A stretch of DNA of 64,000 bases from assembly GCA_964563715.1 (NCBI GenBank), contig CAZLXA010000002.1, positions 9,467 to 73,466 on the forward strand, read 5' to 3'. A program made the translations under genes and the position numbers. Under the pieces are notes generated by a model. It saw nothing but the letters and a program-made list of their open reading frames with translations. It was not told the DNA's origin and made no database searches. Origin of the DNA: an uncultured Candidatus Saccharibacteria bacterium. GTDB lineage: Bacteria; Patescibacteriota; Minisyncoccia; Phycocordibacterales; UBA9973. Of the stretch, positions 44,374-54,883 are shown piece by piece. Each line of letters starts with the position of its first letter. The first letter of the stretch is position 1.

Positions 44374-45387
44374 ATGGCTTTATTTTCAAAAAAACTTGGA
44401 ATTGATTTAGGGACAGCAAATACGCTTGTGTATCTTCCTGGTAAGGGCATTGTTTTAAATGAGCCTTCAGTTGTGGCTGTTTCTGAACAAGATAATACAA
44501 TTTTAGCCATTGGTATTGAGGCTAAAAATATGATTGGTAAGACACCAGAGAATATTATTGTCTATCGACCCATGAAAGACGGAGTGATTGCCGATTATCG
44601 AGTGACCGAAGCCATGCTAAGATATTTTATTGGTAAAACTCTCGGTAAGTATAATTTATTTAAACCTGATGTTATGGTTTCAGTGCCAGCTGGTATTACT
44701 TCTACAGAACGCCGAGCGGTGGTTGAAGCGGCCATTCGGGCCGGGGCCAAGAATGCTTATGTTGTTAAAGAACCAATTTTAGCGGCGATAGGAGCTGGAA
44801 TTCCGATTCAAGAATCACGAGGTTATATGATTATGGATATTGGTGGTGGAACGACAGATGTGGCAGTTATAGCCCTAGGTGGCATTGTGGCCTCAACTTC
44901 TGTTAAATGTGCAGGCGACAAAATTGATCAAGCTATAACTGATTACATAAAGAAAACATTTAACTTGGCAATTGGTGATAAAACAGCAGAAGCCATAAAA
45001 GTTAAAATAGGAGCGGCTGTACCACTTGAAGAAGAATTAACTATTACTATTAAGGGCCGTGATTTTATTCAAGGTTTGCCAAGAACGGCTCAAATATCAA
45101 CCAATGAAATAGTTCGAGCAATTGATAAAGAATTGCGCATTATGGTTGGAGCAGTGAAAGATGTTTTGTCTCAGACTCCACCAGAATTAGCATCAGATAT
45201 CATAGATGACGGAATAATAATGACAGGAGGGTCTAGTCAGCTTAGAAATCTGAGTGATTTAATTTATCGCCGAACGGGGGTTAAAGCTCGAATGGCTGAT
45301 GAACCGCTTTTGTGTGTGGCCAAAGGAACAGGTGAAGCCTTGAATCATTTGGACACTTACAAAAAAAGTATTTTAAGTAAAAAATAA
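44374..45387 (+). CDS. mreB: rod shape-determining protein MreB
   Basis: GIDLGTANTLVY, MDIGGGTTDVAV, GIIMTGGSS. Confidence 0.92.
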   Translation: MALFSKKLGIDLGTANTLVYLPGKGIVLNEPSVVAVSEQDNTILAIGIEAKNMIGKTPENIIVYRPMKDGVIADYRVTEAMLRYFIGKTLGKYNLFKPDVMVSVPAGITSTERRAVVEAAIRAGAKNAYVVKEPILAAIGAGIPIQESRGYMIMDIGGGTTDVAVIALGGIVASTSVKCAGDKIDQAITDYIKKTFNLAIGDKTAEAIKVKIGAAVPLEEELTITIKGRDFIQGLPRTAQISTNEIVRAIDKELRIMVGAVKDVLSQTPPELASDIIDDGIIMTGGSSQLRNLSDLIYRRTGVKARMADEPLLCVAKGTGEALNHLDTYKKSILSKK

Positions 45388-46454
45388 TGAGAGCGAATTA
45401 TCAAAAAATTAAACGAAACTTTTTTCGACTATTTTTATTTGGCTTTGCAATAGCAGGGTTTGTTTTTTTTATAGTTTATATTTCTATGCAATATGGCTGG
45501 TTGAATGTTCGAGGTTCAACTTCGACAAGAAATTCATATTTTAATATTGATAAAAATTTAGAAAATAATAATACTGGAGATTTAAAAATTATTTGTCAAA
45601 TTAATGTTTTAAATAAATATGCTCCTTTAACTTCAGTTAATATTTATAAAAATCTAACATCAGGAACAAGTGACGTGACATTAAATAAAATGATATTCGT
45701 AGCCAAGCGGCGTTTTGAAAATGATTATTACTTTAATAAAGAAATTAACAATTGTGAAGATTCTAGTCAAAGTCATGAGTTAGAAGTATTAATTTCAGCA
45801 TATAATTGGGCTGATACGGACCAATGGGCTTTAATGAAAGAGGTTTTTACTCGTGATCAAGAGATTATTAAAAAAGCAGCTCGTGATGCCAAGATTTCTC
45901 CGCGATTAATTATTAGTGGGGTAATTGGTGAGCAATTTAGATTTTTTAGTAATCGACGAGAAAGTTTTAAAAGTTATTTTGAGCCGTTAAAAATATTAGC
46001 ATCACTTTCTAATACTTCTTTCGGTATAGCTGGTTTAAAACCAAAAACTCTTGGACAAATAGAAGATAATTTAAAAAATAAAAATTCTGCTTTTTATTTG
46101 GGGCCCGAGATGGAAAAAATAATTAGTTATAAAGAGGGAGCTGACATTGAAACAGAAAGGATGAATAGAATTACAAATGTTAAAGATCCTTATTATTCAT
46201 ATTTATATGTCGGCTTGTATATGAAGCAACTTATCGCCCAATGGCAAAAAGCCGGATATGATATAAGCGAAAAACCAGAAATCCTTGGCACTCTTTATAA
46301 TCTTGGTTTTTATTATTCAGTGCCAAAAGAAAATCCACAAGCTGGGGGTTCGACTATAAATATCAATGGGGTTGATTATATTTTTGGTGATATTGCTTAT
46401 GAATTTTATTACTCGGGTGAACTTTCCGATATTTATCCAATTGAGGTACAATAA
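45387..46454 (+). CDS. membrane-anchored hypothetical protein translationally coupled to mreB
   Basis: Its ATG overlaps the mreB stop by 1 nt. One N-terminal TM helix. No MreC signature recognised. Confidence 0.5.
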   Translation: MRANYQKIKRNFFRLFLFGFAIAGFVFFIVYISMQYGWLNVRGSTSTRNSYFNIDKNLENNNTGDLKIICQINVLNKYAPLTSVNIYKNLTSGTSDVTLNKMIFVAKRRFENDYYFNKEINNCEDSSQSHELEVLISAYNWADTDQWALMKEVFTRDQEIIKKAARDAKISPRLIISGVIGEQFRFFSNRRESFKSYFEPLKILASLSNTSFGIAGLKPKTLGQIEDNLKNKNSAFYLGPEMEKIISYKEGADIETERMNRITNVKDPYYSYLYVGLYMKQLIAQWQKAGYDISEKPEILGTLYNLGFYYSVPKENPQAGGSTININGVDYIFGDIAYEFYYSGELSDIYPIEVQ

Positions 46455-46459
46455 GAGAT

Positions 46460-47155
46460 ATGGATGATTTAGAAAAATTATTTCCAATCAATTTATATCA
46501 TAGTTATGTGATTGAAGGCGATTCTAGTTTGACTGATGACTTACTTAGATTTTTAGAGATACGAGGTGAAATTGAAAAACTAAGCCCAGATGTTATTTGT
46601 CAAAATTACGAATCATTTACGATCGATGATAGTTATGCAATTAAGGATTGGCATAGTCGTTTGGGAGTAACAAATGGTAAAAAAATTTGTATTTTATCTA
46701 CTAAGTTTATAAACCGCGAAGCTGAACAAACACTACTAAAAATTATTGAGGAGCCTGCAATTAATACTCATTTTTTTATTATTATTCCAGATTCATCTAA
46801 GTTGCTTGAGACGATAATTTCACGGGTTCATGTTTTAAAAATAAAACCAAATGAAAATATTGAAATTAAAAAATCCGTTTTACTATTTATAAAAAATGAC
46901 CCAAAAGCAAGAATTGAGATGATAGCTCTCATTATTAAAAATAATAAAAATGAAGAAAATAGTGGACAGTTAAGATCATATGCCACAAATTTTGTTAACG
47001 AACTGGAATCTATTTATTATCAAAAATTTAAAAATGATAAAAACGATAAAAATATTAAAGACATTTTAAATGAATTACAAAAGTCTCGTGATTATCTAAG
47101 CACCCCCGGCGCTTCAGTCAAAATGATTTTGGAGCATTTAGCACTTGTGATATAA
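46460..47155 (+). CDS. holB: DNA polymerase III delta' subunit-like (clamp-loader AAA+, degenerate)
   Basis: LLKIIEEPAINTHFFII....TIISRVHV matches the LLKtLEEPp...TIxSRc sensor region. Confidence 0.6.
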   Translation: MDDLEKLFPINLYHSYVIEGDSSLTDDLLRFLEIRGEIEKLSPDVICQNYESFTIDDSYAIKDWHSRLGVTNGKKICILSTKFINREAEQTLLKIIEEPAINTHFFIIIPDSSKLLETIISRVHVLKIKPNENIEIKKSVLLFIKNDPKARIEMIALIIKNNKNEENSGQLRSYATNFVNELESIYYQKFKNDKNDKNIKDILNELQKSRDYLSTPGASVKMILEHLALVI

Positions 47156-47164
47156 TAAAAAAAT

Positions 47165-47698
47165 ATGGCATACAACACACAAAATTTTAAAATAGAATTA
47201 AAAAAGGTTGAAGAGTGGTTGAGTAAAGAATATTCGCAAGTTCACACTGGTCGGGCAACACCGATGATATTAGATAGTATTATGGTGGAGAGTTATGGTA
47301 GTCATCAGCCAATTAAAAATGTGGCTGGGATTACGATTGAAGATCCAAAGACCTTAAGAATTGCCCCCTGGGATAAAAATCAAATTAAAGAAATAGAAAA
47401 TGCTATTAATGCGGCCAATTTGGGATTATCGATTGTTTCTGATAGTGATGGTGTTCGTGCTATCTTCCCAATGCTAACAACTGAAAATCGAACTAAGTTG
47501 GTAAAAGTTTTAAAAGAAAAATTAGAAGATGCACGGATTAGTGTTCGAAAAGAAAGACAAAATGAAATCGATAAATTGACCGATTTATCTGAAGATGAAG
47601 TCAAAAGAGGAAAAGATGATATTCAAAAATGTGTTGATGAATCAAATAATAATTTAGAAGCAATTTTTACTAAAAAAGAAACAGAAATAATGAATTAA
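47165..47698 (+). CDS. frr: ribosome recycling factor
   Basis: HTGRATPMILDSIMVESYG, ENAINAANLGL and the length are typical of RRF. Confidence 0.9.
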   Translation: MAYNTQNFKIELKKVEEWLSKEYSQVHTGRATPMILDSIMVESYGSHQPIKNVAGITIEDPKTLRIAPWDKNQIKEIENAINAANLGLSIVSDSDGVRAIFPMLTTENRTKLVKVLKEKLEDARISVRKERQNEIDKLTDLSEDEVKRGKDDIQKCVDESNNNLEAIFTKKETEIMN

Positions 47699-47701
47699 AT
47701 A

Positions 47702-48823
47702 ATGTCTATAATAATTTTTATAATAATTTTACTTGTGCTTGTTGTTTCTCATGAATTCGGGCATTTCTTTGTGGCTAAAAAAGCTGGGATCCGAGTTGAT
47801 GAATTTTCTTTTGGTTTTCCTCCAAAACTTTTTGGTAAAAAAATTGGTGAGACGACTTATAATTTTAATGCGCTCCCACTTGGTGGCTATGTAAAAATTT
47901 ATGGTCAAGGGTCAGATGATTTTCCTGGACAAAATGGTGAAGAGGTAACTGAGGCAGATAAAGAAAGAAGTTTTATGCACAAGCCCCGATATATCCAGGC
48001 GGCTGTTTTATTTGCTGGTGTATTTATGAACCTACTTGTCGCATGGTTACTTTTGTCTGTTGGTTTTATTTCTGGCCTACCTACTTCAGTCGGTAGTGTT
48101 CCTAAAGGGGGTGTTATTGAAAATCAAGCATTAACTATTACGAGTGTTTTAGGTGGTTCACCAGCAGAAATTGGAGGACTTAAAACTGGCGATAAGATAT
48201 TATCACTCGAAACAATAGATGATTCAACAAAACTTTTATCATTAGAGTTAGGAACAGAGAGTGTTCAGTCTTTTGTTAAAGCAAATAGTGGTAAAGAAAT
48301 AAAAGTTTCATTAATTCGTGGTAAAGAACAAAAAGAAGTCACTGTTATTCCTGAACAAAATGATAACGGTAGTGCTGTAATCGGTATTTCAATGGATACG
48401 ATTGGAACTATGAAATTGCCAGTACATATGGCTATTTGGGAAGGATTAAAATTAACTGGTGATGTAACGAAAGCTACAGTATTTGGTTTTTATAATTTAA
48501 TTAAAAGTGCCATATTGGGTAAAGCTGATATGTCGACATTAACTGGTCCGGTTGGAATTGTTGGGGTGGTTGGAGATGCAGCTGAATTTGGTTTTATTTA
48601 TTTATTATCTTTCACCGCTTTAATTTCGATAAATTTAGCCGTTATAAACTTAGTTCCATTCCCAGCTCTTGATGGAGGAAGATTACTTTTCTTATTGATT
48701 GAAAAAATTAAAGGTTCTCGTATCAAACCTCAAATTGCTAATTGGGTAAATATGATCGGTTTTGGGCTTCTAATGCTTCTAATGGTGGTTATAACTTATC
48801 ACGATATCGTTAAACTTTTGTAA
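47702..48823 (+). CDS. rseP: RIP metalloprotease RseP (site-2 protease)
   Basis: HEFGHF zinc motif in TM1, a PDZ segment, and NLVPFPALDGG. Confidence 0.88.
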   Translation: MSIIIFIIILLVLVVSHEFGHFFVAKKAGIRVDEFSFGFPPKLFGKKIGETTYNFNALPLGGYVKIYGQGSDDFPGQNGEEVTEADKERSFMHKPRYIQAAVLFAGVFMNLLVAWLLLSVGFISGLPTSVGSVPKGGVIENQALTITSVLGGSPAEIGGLKTGDKILSLETIDDSTKLLSLELGTESVQSFVKANSGKEIKVSLIRGKEQKEVTVIPEQNDNGSAVIGISMDTIGTMKLPVHMAIWEGLKLTGDVTKATVFGFYNLIKSAILGKADMSTLTGPVGIVGVVGDAAEFGFIYLLSFTALISINLAVINLVPFPALDGGRLLFLLIEKIKGSRIKPQIANWVNMIGFGLLMLLMVVITYHDIVKLL

Positions 48824-48879
48824 TAGCTCGAGTTTCTAAGTTGATTTATTGTGATTTTTGTTGTATTATCGGCATCTAT

Positions 48880-49398
48880 ATGAGATGGATAATTTTTACG
48901 GGAACTTGGAGGTTAACAAATAAAGAAGTTGAAAATGATGTCAGGCTGGCAGCTAGGCAAGTTTTTGAGAGTGGCGATGGAATTTGTACCGGCGGAGCCA
49001 CGGGAGTGGATTATTTTGCTATGGATGAATTTGTTAAGTTAAATCCTGAGTGTAATCGTATTAGAGTTTTTATTCCTGCACGATTGGATCATTTTATTGC
49101 CGATTATCGTAAGAATTGGAAACATAGTCCGATTGATGATAACGATATAAACAATTTAGAACATATTTTAAAAATAATTAAAACCAGAAATCCTAGTGCG
49201 GTTTTTGAGGTTAGAAAAAATTCTGGTGATATAACTCAAGAAGAATATGATATTCGCAATAGTGAAGAGGTGACTTTCTCCGATGAAGTTTATGCCTTTC
49301 AAGTCAACAATAGTACTGGAACAAGCGACACAATTAACAAAGCCAATAATGTAAATTTACCTATTACCCTCCATAAAAATTATATTATAAAAGAATAA
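48880..49398 (+). CDS. hypothetical protein, possible SLOG/DprA-like Rossmann fold
   Basis: CTGGATGVDYFA glycine-rich motif. The ATG at 48880 is preferred over the TTG at 48841. Confidence 0.35.
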   Translation: MRWIIFTGTWRLTNKEVENDVRLAARQVFESGDGICTGGATGVDYFAMDEFVKLNPECNRIRVFIPARLDHFIADYRKNWKHSPIDDNDINNLEHILKIIKTRNPSAVFEVRKNSGDITQEEYDIRNSEEVTFSDEVYAFQVNNSTGTSDTINKANNVNLPITLHKNYIIKE

Positions 49399-49479
49399 TA
49401 TTTTTATATTTTACATTTCAGTAAATATATGATATTATAATTATGTATTCATCGTTATGATGATTTCATTTAAGCGCTG

Positions 49480-49500
49480 TCCGCACTTTGCGGATGTTTT
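49480..49500 (+). terminator. small hairpin/T-run upstream of typA
   Basis: CCGCA-CTT-TGCGG followed by ATGTTTTTATTT. Confidence 0.35.
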
Positions 49501-49527
49501 TATTTAATAAACAAAAATAATTAATAT

Positions 49528-51336
49528 ATGGAAATAAGAAATATTGCAATAATAGCCCACGTTGACCATGGTAAAACAACACTGACTGACCAGATGATGA
49601 AACAGTGTGGCATGGTTGAAGAAGGCATTACAATGGATTCAAACGCTCTTGAACTTGAGCGTGGTATTACTATATATTCTAAAAATACTTCTGTTATATA
49701 TAAAGGAACGAAAATAAATATTGTTGATACACCAGGACATGCTGATTTTGGTTCAGAAGTTGAACGAGTTTTGCGAGCCATTGATTCAGTTTTACTTTTA
49801 GTTGATGCCCAAGAAGGTCCAATGCCTCAAACCCGTTTCGTGTTAAAAAAATCCCTAGAACTTGGCTTAAAACCGATTGTCGTTATAAATAAAATTGATA
49901 AACCGGCCGCAAATCCAGATCGAGTTCACGATGAAATTTTGGAACTATTCTTAGAATTGGGAGCTTCACAAGAGCAAATTGATTTTAAATATTTATATGC
50001 TATCAGCCGTCAAGGCGTAGCTAAATTACACTTGGAAGATGAATCAAAAGACTTAACTCCATTGTTTGACTTAATTTTGTCGGAAGTAAAAGAAGCTTCA
50101 ATAAACAAAGAGGATCCATTTAGAGCCCAAGTGTTTAATTTGGGTTATGATAATTTTTTAGGTCGTTTAGCTATTGTCCGAGCCTATGCTGGGTCAATAA
50201 AAACTAGTTCGCCGATTATTGTTAAAGATTCCAATGGAAATTCTCGTAATGCTAAAATTTCAAAAATGTTTACTTTTGAAGGCATAAATAGAAAAGAAGT
50301 AAGTATTTTAAATACTGGTGATATTGCAATTATGGCTGGAATCCCCGATGTATATATTGGCGAAACGATTTGTGATGACATAAATACGGAAGCTCTTCCC
50401 TCTATTGATATTGATGAACCAACAATTTCTTTAAACTTTTTAGTTAATGATTCTCCTTTTTGTGGACGAGAGGGTAAATATGTTACTAGTCGACAAATTA
50501 GAGAAAGACTTGAAAAAGAATTAGAAATGAATGTTGGACTTCGTATAAATTTTGATGGCACCGATGAAGAAGAAATCCAAGAAGGATTTTTAGTTTACGG
50601 ACGAGGGGAATTACACATTGCTGTTTTACTTGAAAATATGCGTCGGGAAGGATATGAAATTCAAGTTTCGCAACCACATGTAATTATAAAAGAAGAAAAT
50701 GGAATGAAATTGGAACCTTATGAAGAAGCAACTATTGATGTTCGAAATGAATTTTCAGGAAGTGTTATTGAAAAATTAACTGCTCGTCGTGGTTTGATTA
50801 CATCTATGCATGAAAAAGAAGGAATCGTTCGAATGCTAATTGAAATTCCGACTCGTGGACTACTTGGCTACCGAGGGCAATTTGTAGTTGATACAAAAGG
50901 TGAGGGAATACTAGCTTCAAGATTTATTGGTTTTAAAAATTATGCAGGAGAAATTAAAAAAAGAGATGTTGGTTCGATGACCTCGATGGTCTCAGGTAAA
51001 GTTGTTGCTTTTTCACTTTGGACTTTACAAGAAAGAGGTATTTTATATGTTGAACATGGAGATGAAGTTTATGAAGGAATGGTTATTGGAAATGTTACAA
51101 AAGGTGATGAAATGGCCGTTAACCCAACTAAAGGTAAACAACTTTCAAATATGCGTTCAAGTGGTACAGATGAAGCTGTTAATGTCAAACCATCATTTAA
51201 ATTATCAATTGAAAGGGGTCTTGAAATTATGGCTGAAGATGAATTTTTAGAAATTACACCCAAAAGTGTTCGATTGCGTAAGAAGTTATTGACTGAAATG
51301 GATAGATCAAAAGCAAAAACCAGCCTTAAAAAATAA
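49528..51336 (+). CDS. typA: translational GTPase TypA/BipA
   Basis: AHVDHGKTTL, DTPGHADF and NKIDK G-motifs, with BipA-type C-terminal domains. Confidence 0.92.
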   Translation: MEIRNIAIIAHVDHGKTTLTDQMMKQCGMVEEGITMDSNALELERGITIYSKNTSVIYKGTKINIVDTPGHADFGSEVERVLRAIDSVLLLVDAQEGPMPQTRFVLKKSLELGLKPIVVINKIDKPAANPDRVHDEILELFLELGASQEQIDFKYLYAISRQGVAKLHLEDESKDLTPLFDLILSEVKEASINKEDPFRAQVFNLGYDNFLGRLAIVRAYAGSIKTSSPIIVKDSNGNSRNAKISKMFTFEGINRKEVSILNTGDIAIMAGIPDVYIGETICDDINTEALPSIDIDEPTISLNFLVNDSPFCGREGKYVTSRQIRERLEKELEMNVGLRINFDGTDEEEIQEGFLVYGRGELHIAVLLENMRREGYEIQVSQPHVIIKEENGMKLEPYEEATIDVRNEFSGSVIEKLTARRGLITSMHEKEGIVRMLIEIPTRGLLGYRGQFVVDTKGEGILASRFIGFKNYAGEIKKRDVGSMTSMVSGKVVAFSLWTLQERGILYVEHGDEVYEGMVIGNVTKGDEMAVNPTKGKQLSNMRSSGTDEAVNVKPSFKLSIERGLEIMAEDEFLEITPKSVRLRKKLLTEMDRSKAKTSLKK

Positions 51337-51443
51337 GATTATTTACAATATTGATAATATATGATGTAAAAAATTTGACTTTATCCTATTACAATGATAT
51401 TGTATAGAGAGATAAATAATTAATAAATTAAATTTTAATTCAA

Positions 51444-52475
51444 ATGGCTACAATAGTTACATTTAAACCTAAACAAGTTACAAAAAATATGCTCTCAGGT
51501 TTGCCCACAAGAGCTCATGAAGTGATAATTAATCGCTTCGGATTAACATCCGATGCTGAAAGAAAAACTTTAGAAGCAATTGGACAAAAATATGGAATTA
51601 CCCGCGAGCGTGTGCGTCAAATTGAAAATTCGGCGCTTGCTCTTATTCGTAAATCTGAATCATTTAAAAATGAAAAAGATGTTTTCGAAGAGTTGAAGAA
51701 ATTAATGCACTCATTAGGAGCTATAGTTTCTGAGCAGGATTTCTTGTCTCATTTATCTAAAGATAAATTAACCCAAAATCATATTCATTTATATCTAACT
51801 TTAGGTAATGATTTTACTAAACACAAAGAAGATGAACACTTTAAGTCTCGTTGGAGTGTTGATGATGAAATAGCGGTTCAAATACATAAATCTCTTAAAA
51901 ATCTTTTTGAAAATCTAACTGATGATGAATTAATTTCAGAAGGAGAATTGATTTCAAAATTTTTAGAAGAAGTGAAAGAATTAGCTGAACAATATAAAAA
52001 TGAAGAAATCGCAAAACGATGGCTTTCAATTTCAAAAAAGATTAGCAAAAATCCATTAGGTGAATGGGGTAAGTCTACATCTTCTTCCATCAAAACTCGT
52101 GGTGTGAAAGATTTTGCTTTTTTAATGATGCGTAAACATGGTAGCCCAATGCATTTCCGAGAAGTAGCCAAAGCAGTAGCTAGTACTTTTGATAAAAAAT
52201 GTCATGTTGCAACTTGTCATAATGAACTAATTAAGGACCCTCGTTTTGTTTTAGTTGGCCGAGGTATTTATGCACTTTCTGAATGGGGATATAAAACTGG
52301 TGTTGTTCGAGAAGTTATTAAAGAATTAATAAAAAAGAATGGGCCTATGACAAAAGAAGATATCATCGATCAAGTTATGAAAGAAAGATATTTGAAGAAA
52401 AATACCATTTTGGTTAATTTGCAAAATTCTAAATATTTTAAGAAAAATAAAACTGGTGAGTATACAATAGTCTAA
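51444..52475 (+). CDS. sigma-70 region-4 HTH protein with C-terminal HARE-HTH-like domain
   Basis: LEAIGQKYGITRERVRQIENSAL (region 4.2) near the N-terminus. C-terminal MHFREVA...DPRFVLVGRGIYALSEWGY. Confidence 0.6.
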   Translation: MATIVTFKPKQVTKNMLSGLPTRAHEVIINRFGLTSDAERKTLEAIGQKYGITRERVRQIENSALALIRKSESFKNEKDVFEELKKLMHSLGAIVSEQDFLSHLSKDKLTQNHIHLYLTLGNDFTKHKEDEHFKSRWSVDDEIAVQIHKSLKNLFENLTDDELISEGELISKFLEEVKELAEQYKNEEIAKRWLSISKKISKNPLGEWGKSTSSSIKTRGVKDFAFLMMRKHGSPMHFREVAKAVASTFDKKCHVATCHNELIKDPRFVLVGRGIYALSEWGYKTGVVREVIKELIKKNGPMTKEDIIDQVMKERYLKKNTILVNLQNSKYFKKNKTGEYTIV

Positions 52476-52478
52476 ATT

Positions 52479-52512
52479 AAAATCCTCTCTGACCTAGATC
52501 AGAGAGGATTTT
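52479..52512 (+). terminator. intrinsic terminator
   Basis: AAATCCTCTCTGA-CCTAGA-TCAGAGAGGATTT followed by TAATTT. Confidence 0.6.
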
Positions 52513-52549
52513 AATTTGCTTATATAGTATTTATTGATATAATCAAGAT

Positions 52550-52636
52550 ATGAAGAATGGTATAATTTTTGATATTATATTAGTTGTGGCAGGGCTGATT
52601 GTTGTAGCTATCTTGATTGGATATTTTACAAATTAA
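52550..52636 (+). CDS. possible 28-aa hydrophobic micropeptide
   Basis: Hand-translated as MKNGIIFDIILVVAGLIVVAILIGYFTN. A TATAAT-like box lies upstream, and the stop is 6 nt before the next gene. Below the track cutoff. Confidence 0.25.
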   Translation: MKNGIIFDIILVVAGLIVVAILIGYFTN

Positions 52637-52642
52637 TAATTT

Positions 52643-53938
52643 ATGATCCAAGATTTTTTTGTTTCACACAATTTAAATTTAATTCAAATGCTACTTGTAG
52701 CAATAGGTTATTTGATGCCTCTACCACTTGCGTATATTGCTTTTCATTTGTGGCACCATTACCGCCAGGAGCGTTTTATTATGAATATCAAGTGGGTTTT
52801 ACTTGAAATTCAAGTACCTCGTGATGTTATTAAAACACCAGCAGCGATGGAATTAATTTTCTCCAATGCTCTTTACCACAAAAGCATTAAAGGTTTCTGG
52901 GAAGAATTTATGATTGGTGCACCTTGGTTGTGGTTTTCTCTTGAAATTGTTTCAATTGACGGCCGAGTACATTTTTACATACGAACTCCAAGTAGAATTC
53001 GAGATTTAGTTGAAACTCAAGTTTATGCTCAATATCCCCAGGCTAAAGTAATAGAAGCAGAGGATTATGTTTGGAATGTTCCACAATATAAAAAAGATGG
53101 AGATTGGAATATGTGGGGTTGTGAATTTACTAAAATGAAAGATGATGCTCAGCCAATCAAAACATATCGGCAAGTTGAAGAAATGAAATCAGGAACGAAA
53201 GAAGAATTTAAAATTGATCCGATTACTCCAATTATTGAATTTTTGGGTTCATTGCCTAAAGGTCAACAGGTTTGGATTCAAATTGTTGTCCGACAAAGTA
53301 TTAAAAAATACCATAGCCATACTGGTAAACATGTAGGTTTTGTTGAGCACGCTGAAGAGCATATGAAAGAAATGCTTAAAATTTATACTAAATATGGTAA
53401 GGGTGCCGGACAGGGAGGTATCGATACTTTTGAAGTTCGAGCCCCAGGATTTTTAGACCCAATTATCAAGCAAATGGTTGTAATTATTCAACAGATTCAT
53501 TTTGATACCGGAATTAGAGTTGTAACATTATCTGACAAACGTTTAACAACTGACGACCAATTTAATAATTTAAGGCGAAATTCTCGTTTGATGTTTAGGC
53601 AATTTGCTCAACCATATTCAAATGAATTAAATAGAATAAGTGCAACCCAGTTTGATGCTCCGTGGTCAGATCCAACCGGATTGGCTTTAACTTCTATTAA
53701 AAGACGCATGCTTAATTTTTACCGAATGAGAACTTTTTTCCACCCGCCAATACAATATGCATTTAAGTACCCAGCAGTTTTATCGATGTTTTTTCCATCT
53801 GGTAAGCCGCAAATCTTTGTTTTGTCTTCAGAAGAACTAGCTTCACTCTATCATTTCCCTGGTATGGTTTCCGAAACTCCAAGCTTCAAGCGTATCGAAT
53901 CAAAGATTGCCAAACCACCATCCAATTTGCCTATATAG
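52643..53938 (+). CDS. hypothetical membrane protein (431 aa)
   Basis: N-terminal TM helix, then a soluble domain (LLEIQVPRD...FSLEIVSIDGRVHFYIRTP). No function recognised. Confidence 0.5.
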   Translation: MIQDFFVSHNLNLIQMLLVAIGYLMPLPLAYIAFHLWHHYRQERFIMNIKWVLLEIQVPRDVIKTPAAMELIFSNALYHKSIKGFWEEFMIGAPWLWFSLEIVSIDGRVHFYIRTPSRIRDLVETQVYAQYPQAKVIEAEDYVWNVPQYKKDGDWNMWGCEFTKMKDDAQPIKTYRQVEEMKSGTKEEFKIDPITPIIEFLGSLPKGQQVWIQIVVRQSIKKYHSHTGKHVGFVEHAEEHMKEMLKIYTKYGKGAGQGGIDTFEVRAPGFLDPIIKQMVVIIQQIHFDTGIRVVTLSDKRLTTDDQFNNLRRNSRLMFRQFAQPYSNELNRISATQFDAPWSDPTGLALTSIKRRMLNFYRMRTFFHPPIQYAFKYPAVLSMFFPSGKPQIFVLSSEELASLYHFPGMVSETPSFKRIESKIAKPPSNLPI

Positions 53939-53947
53939 TTTATCAAT

Positions 53948-54850
53948 ATGGATAATGATAATTTTAAATTTGGTCAAAAAATCAAAAAGATTAAAATAAT
54001 ATTATTAAGTATACTTATACTTGTTGGTTTTATTTTTATATTTTCTTATTATTTTTTATCTTATCCGTTGGGCAGTAAGGATGTAATTATTCATATATCA
54101 TCTGGTCAGTCAGTTGATTCTGTTGTAGATGAATTAAAAGATAAAAAAGCTATTCGAAATAATTTAACATTAAAAGTTTTTATTAAGTTTTTTAAAAAGG
54201 GTAATGGAATAATTGCCGGAGATTATTTAATTGAAAAAAAATCTCCTGTTTGGGTTGTTGCTTGGCAATTGGGGCAGGGTAAACATAAAATTGAGCCGAT
54301 CAAAATCACAATTAGAGAAGGTTTAACTAATATTGCTATAGCTGATTTATTGGCTGATAAGTTAGCAGGATTCAGACGTGATTTATTTTTGTCTCAAATT
54401 GAAAATATGCAAGGTTATTTATTCCCTGATACTTATTTTTTCTTTCCACACGAAACACCAGAAGAAATAGTTAAAAAATTATCAGATAATTTTAATCAGA
54501 GAATTAAAAATATCGACATAAATAATAAGAATTTAAGAGATGTAATAATTATGGCTTCAATTTTAGAAGGCGAAGCAAACGGTAAAGAAGATATAAAAAT
54601 TATTTCGGGTATTTTATGGAAAAGAATAAGTTTGGGAATGCCACTTCAGGTTGATGTTGATAAAAATACTTATGAGATAAAAGGACTTCCAGTTGCTCCG
54701 TTAAATAATCCAGGACTTTTGTCGATTGAATCTGCTGTTAATCCTGTTAGTTCTCCATATTTATATTATCTTCATGATAAAAATGGTAAAGTACACTATG
54801 CAATAAATTTTGAAGAGCATAAAAATAATATTAATAAATATCTAAAATAA
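53948..54850 (+). CDS. mltG: endolytic murein transglycosylase MltG (YceG family)
   Basis: N-terminal TM helix, GYLFPDTYFF, ASILEGEA. Confidence 0.82.
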   Translation: MDNDNFKFGQKIKKIKIILLSILILVGFIFIFSYYFLSYPLGSKDVIIHISSGQSVDSVVDELKDKKAIRNNLTLKVFIKFFKKGNGIIAGDYLIEKKSPVWVVAWQLGQGKHKIEPIKITIREGLTNIAIADLLADKLAGFRRDLFLSQIENMQGYLFPDTYFFFPHETPEEIVKKLSDNFNQRIKNIDINNKNLRDVIIMASILEGEANGKEDIKIISGILWKRISLGMPLQVDVDKNTYEIKGLPVAPLNNPGLLSIESAVNPVSSPYLYYLHDKNGKVHYAINFEEHKNNINKYLK

Positions 54851-54883
54851 TCCGTCTGCGTATTATACTACGACGAGATAAGT

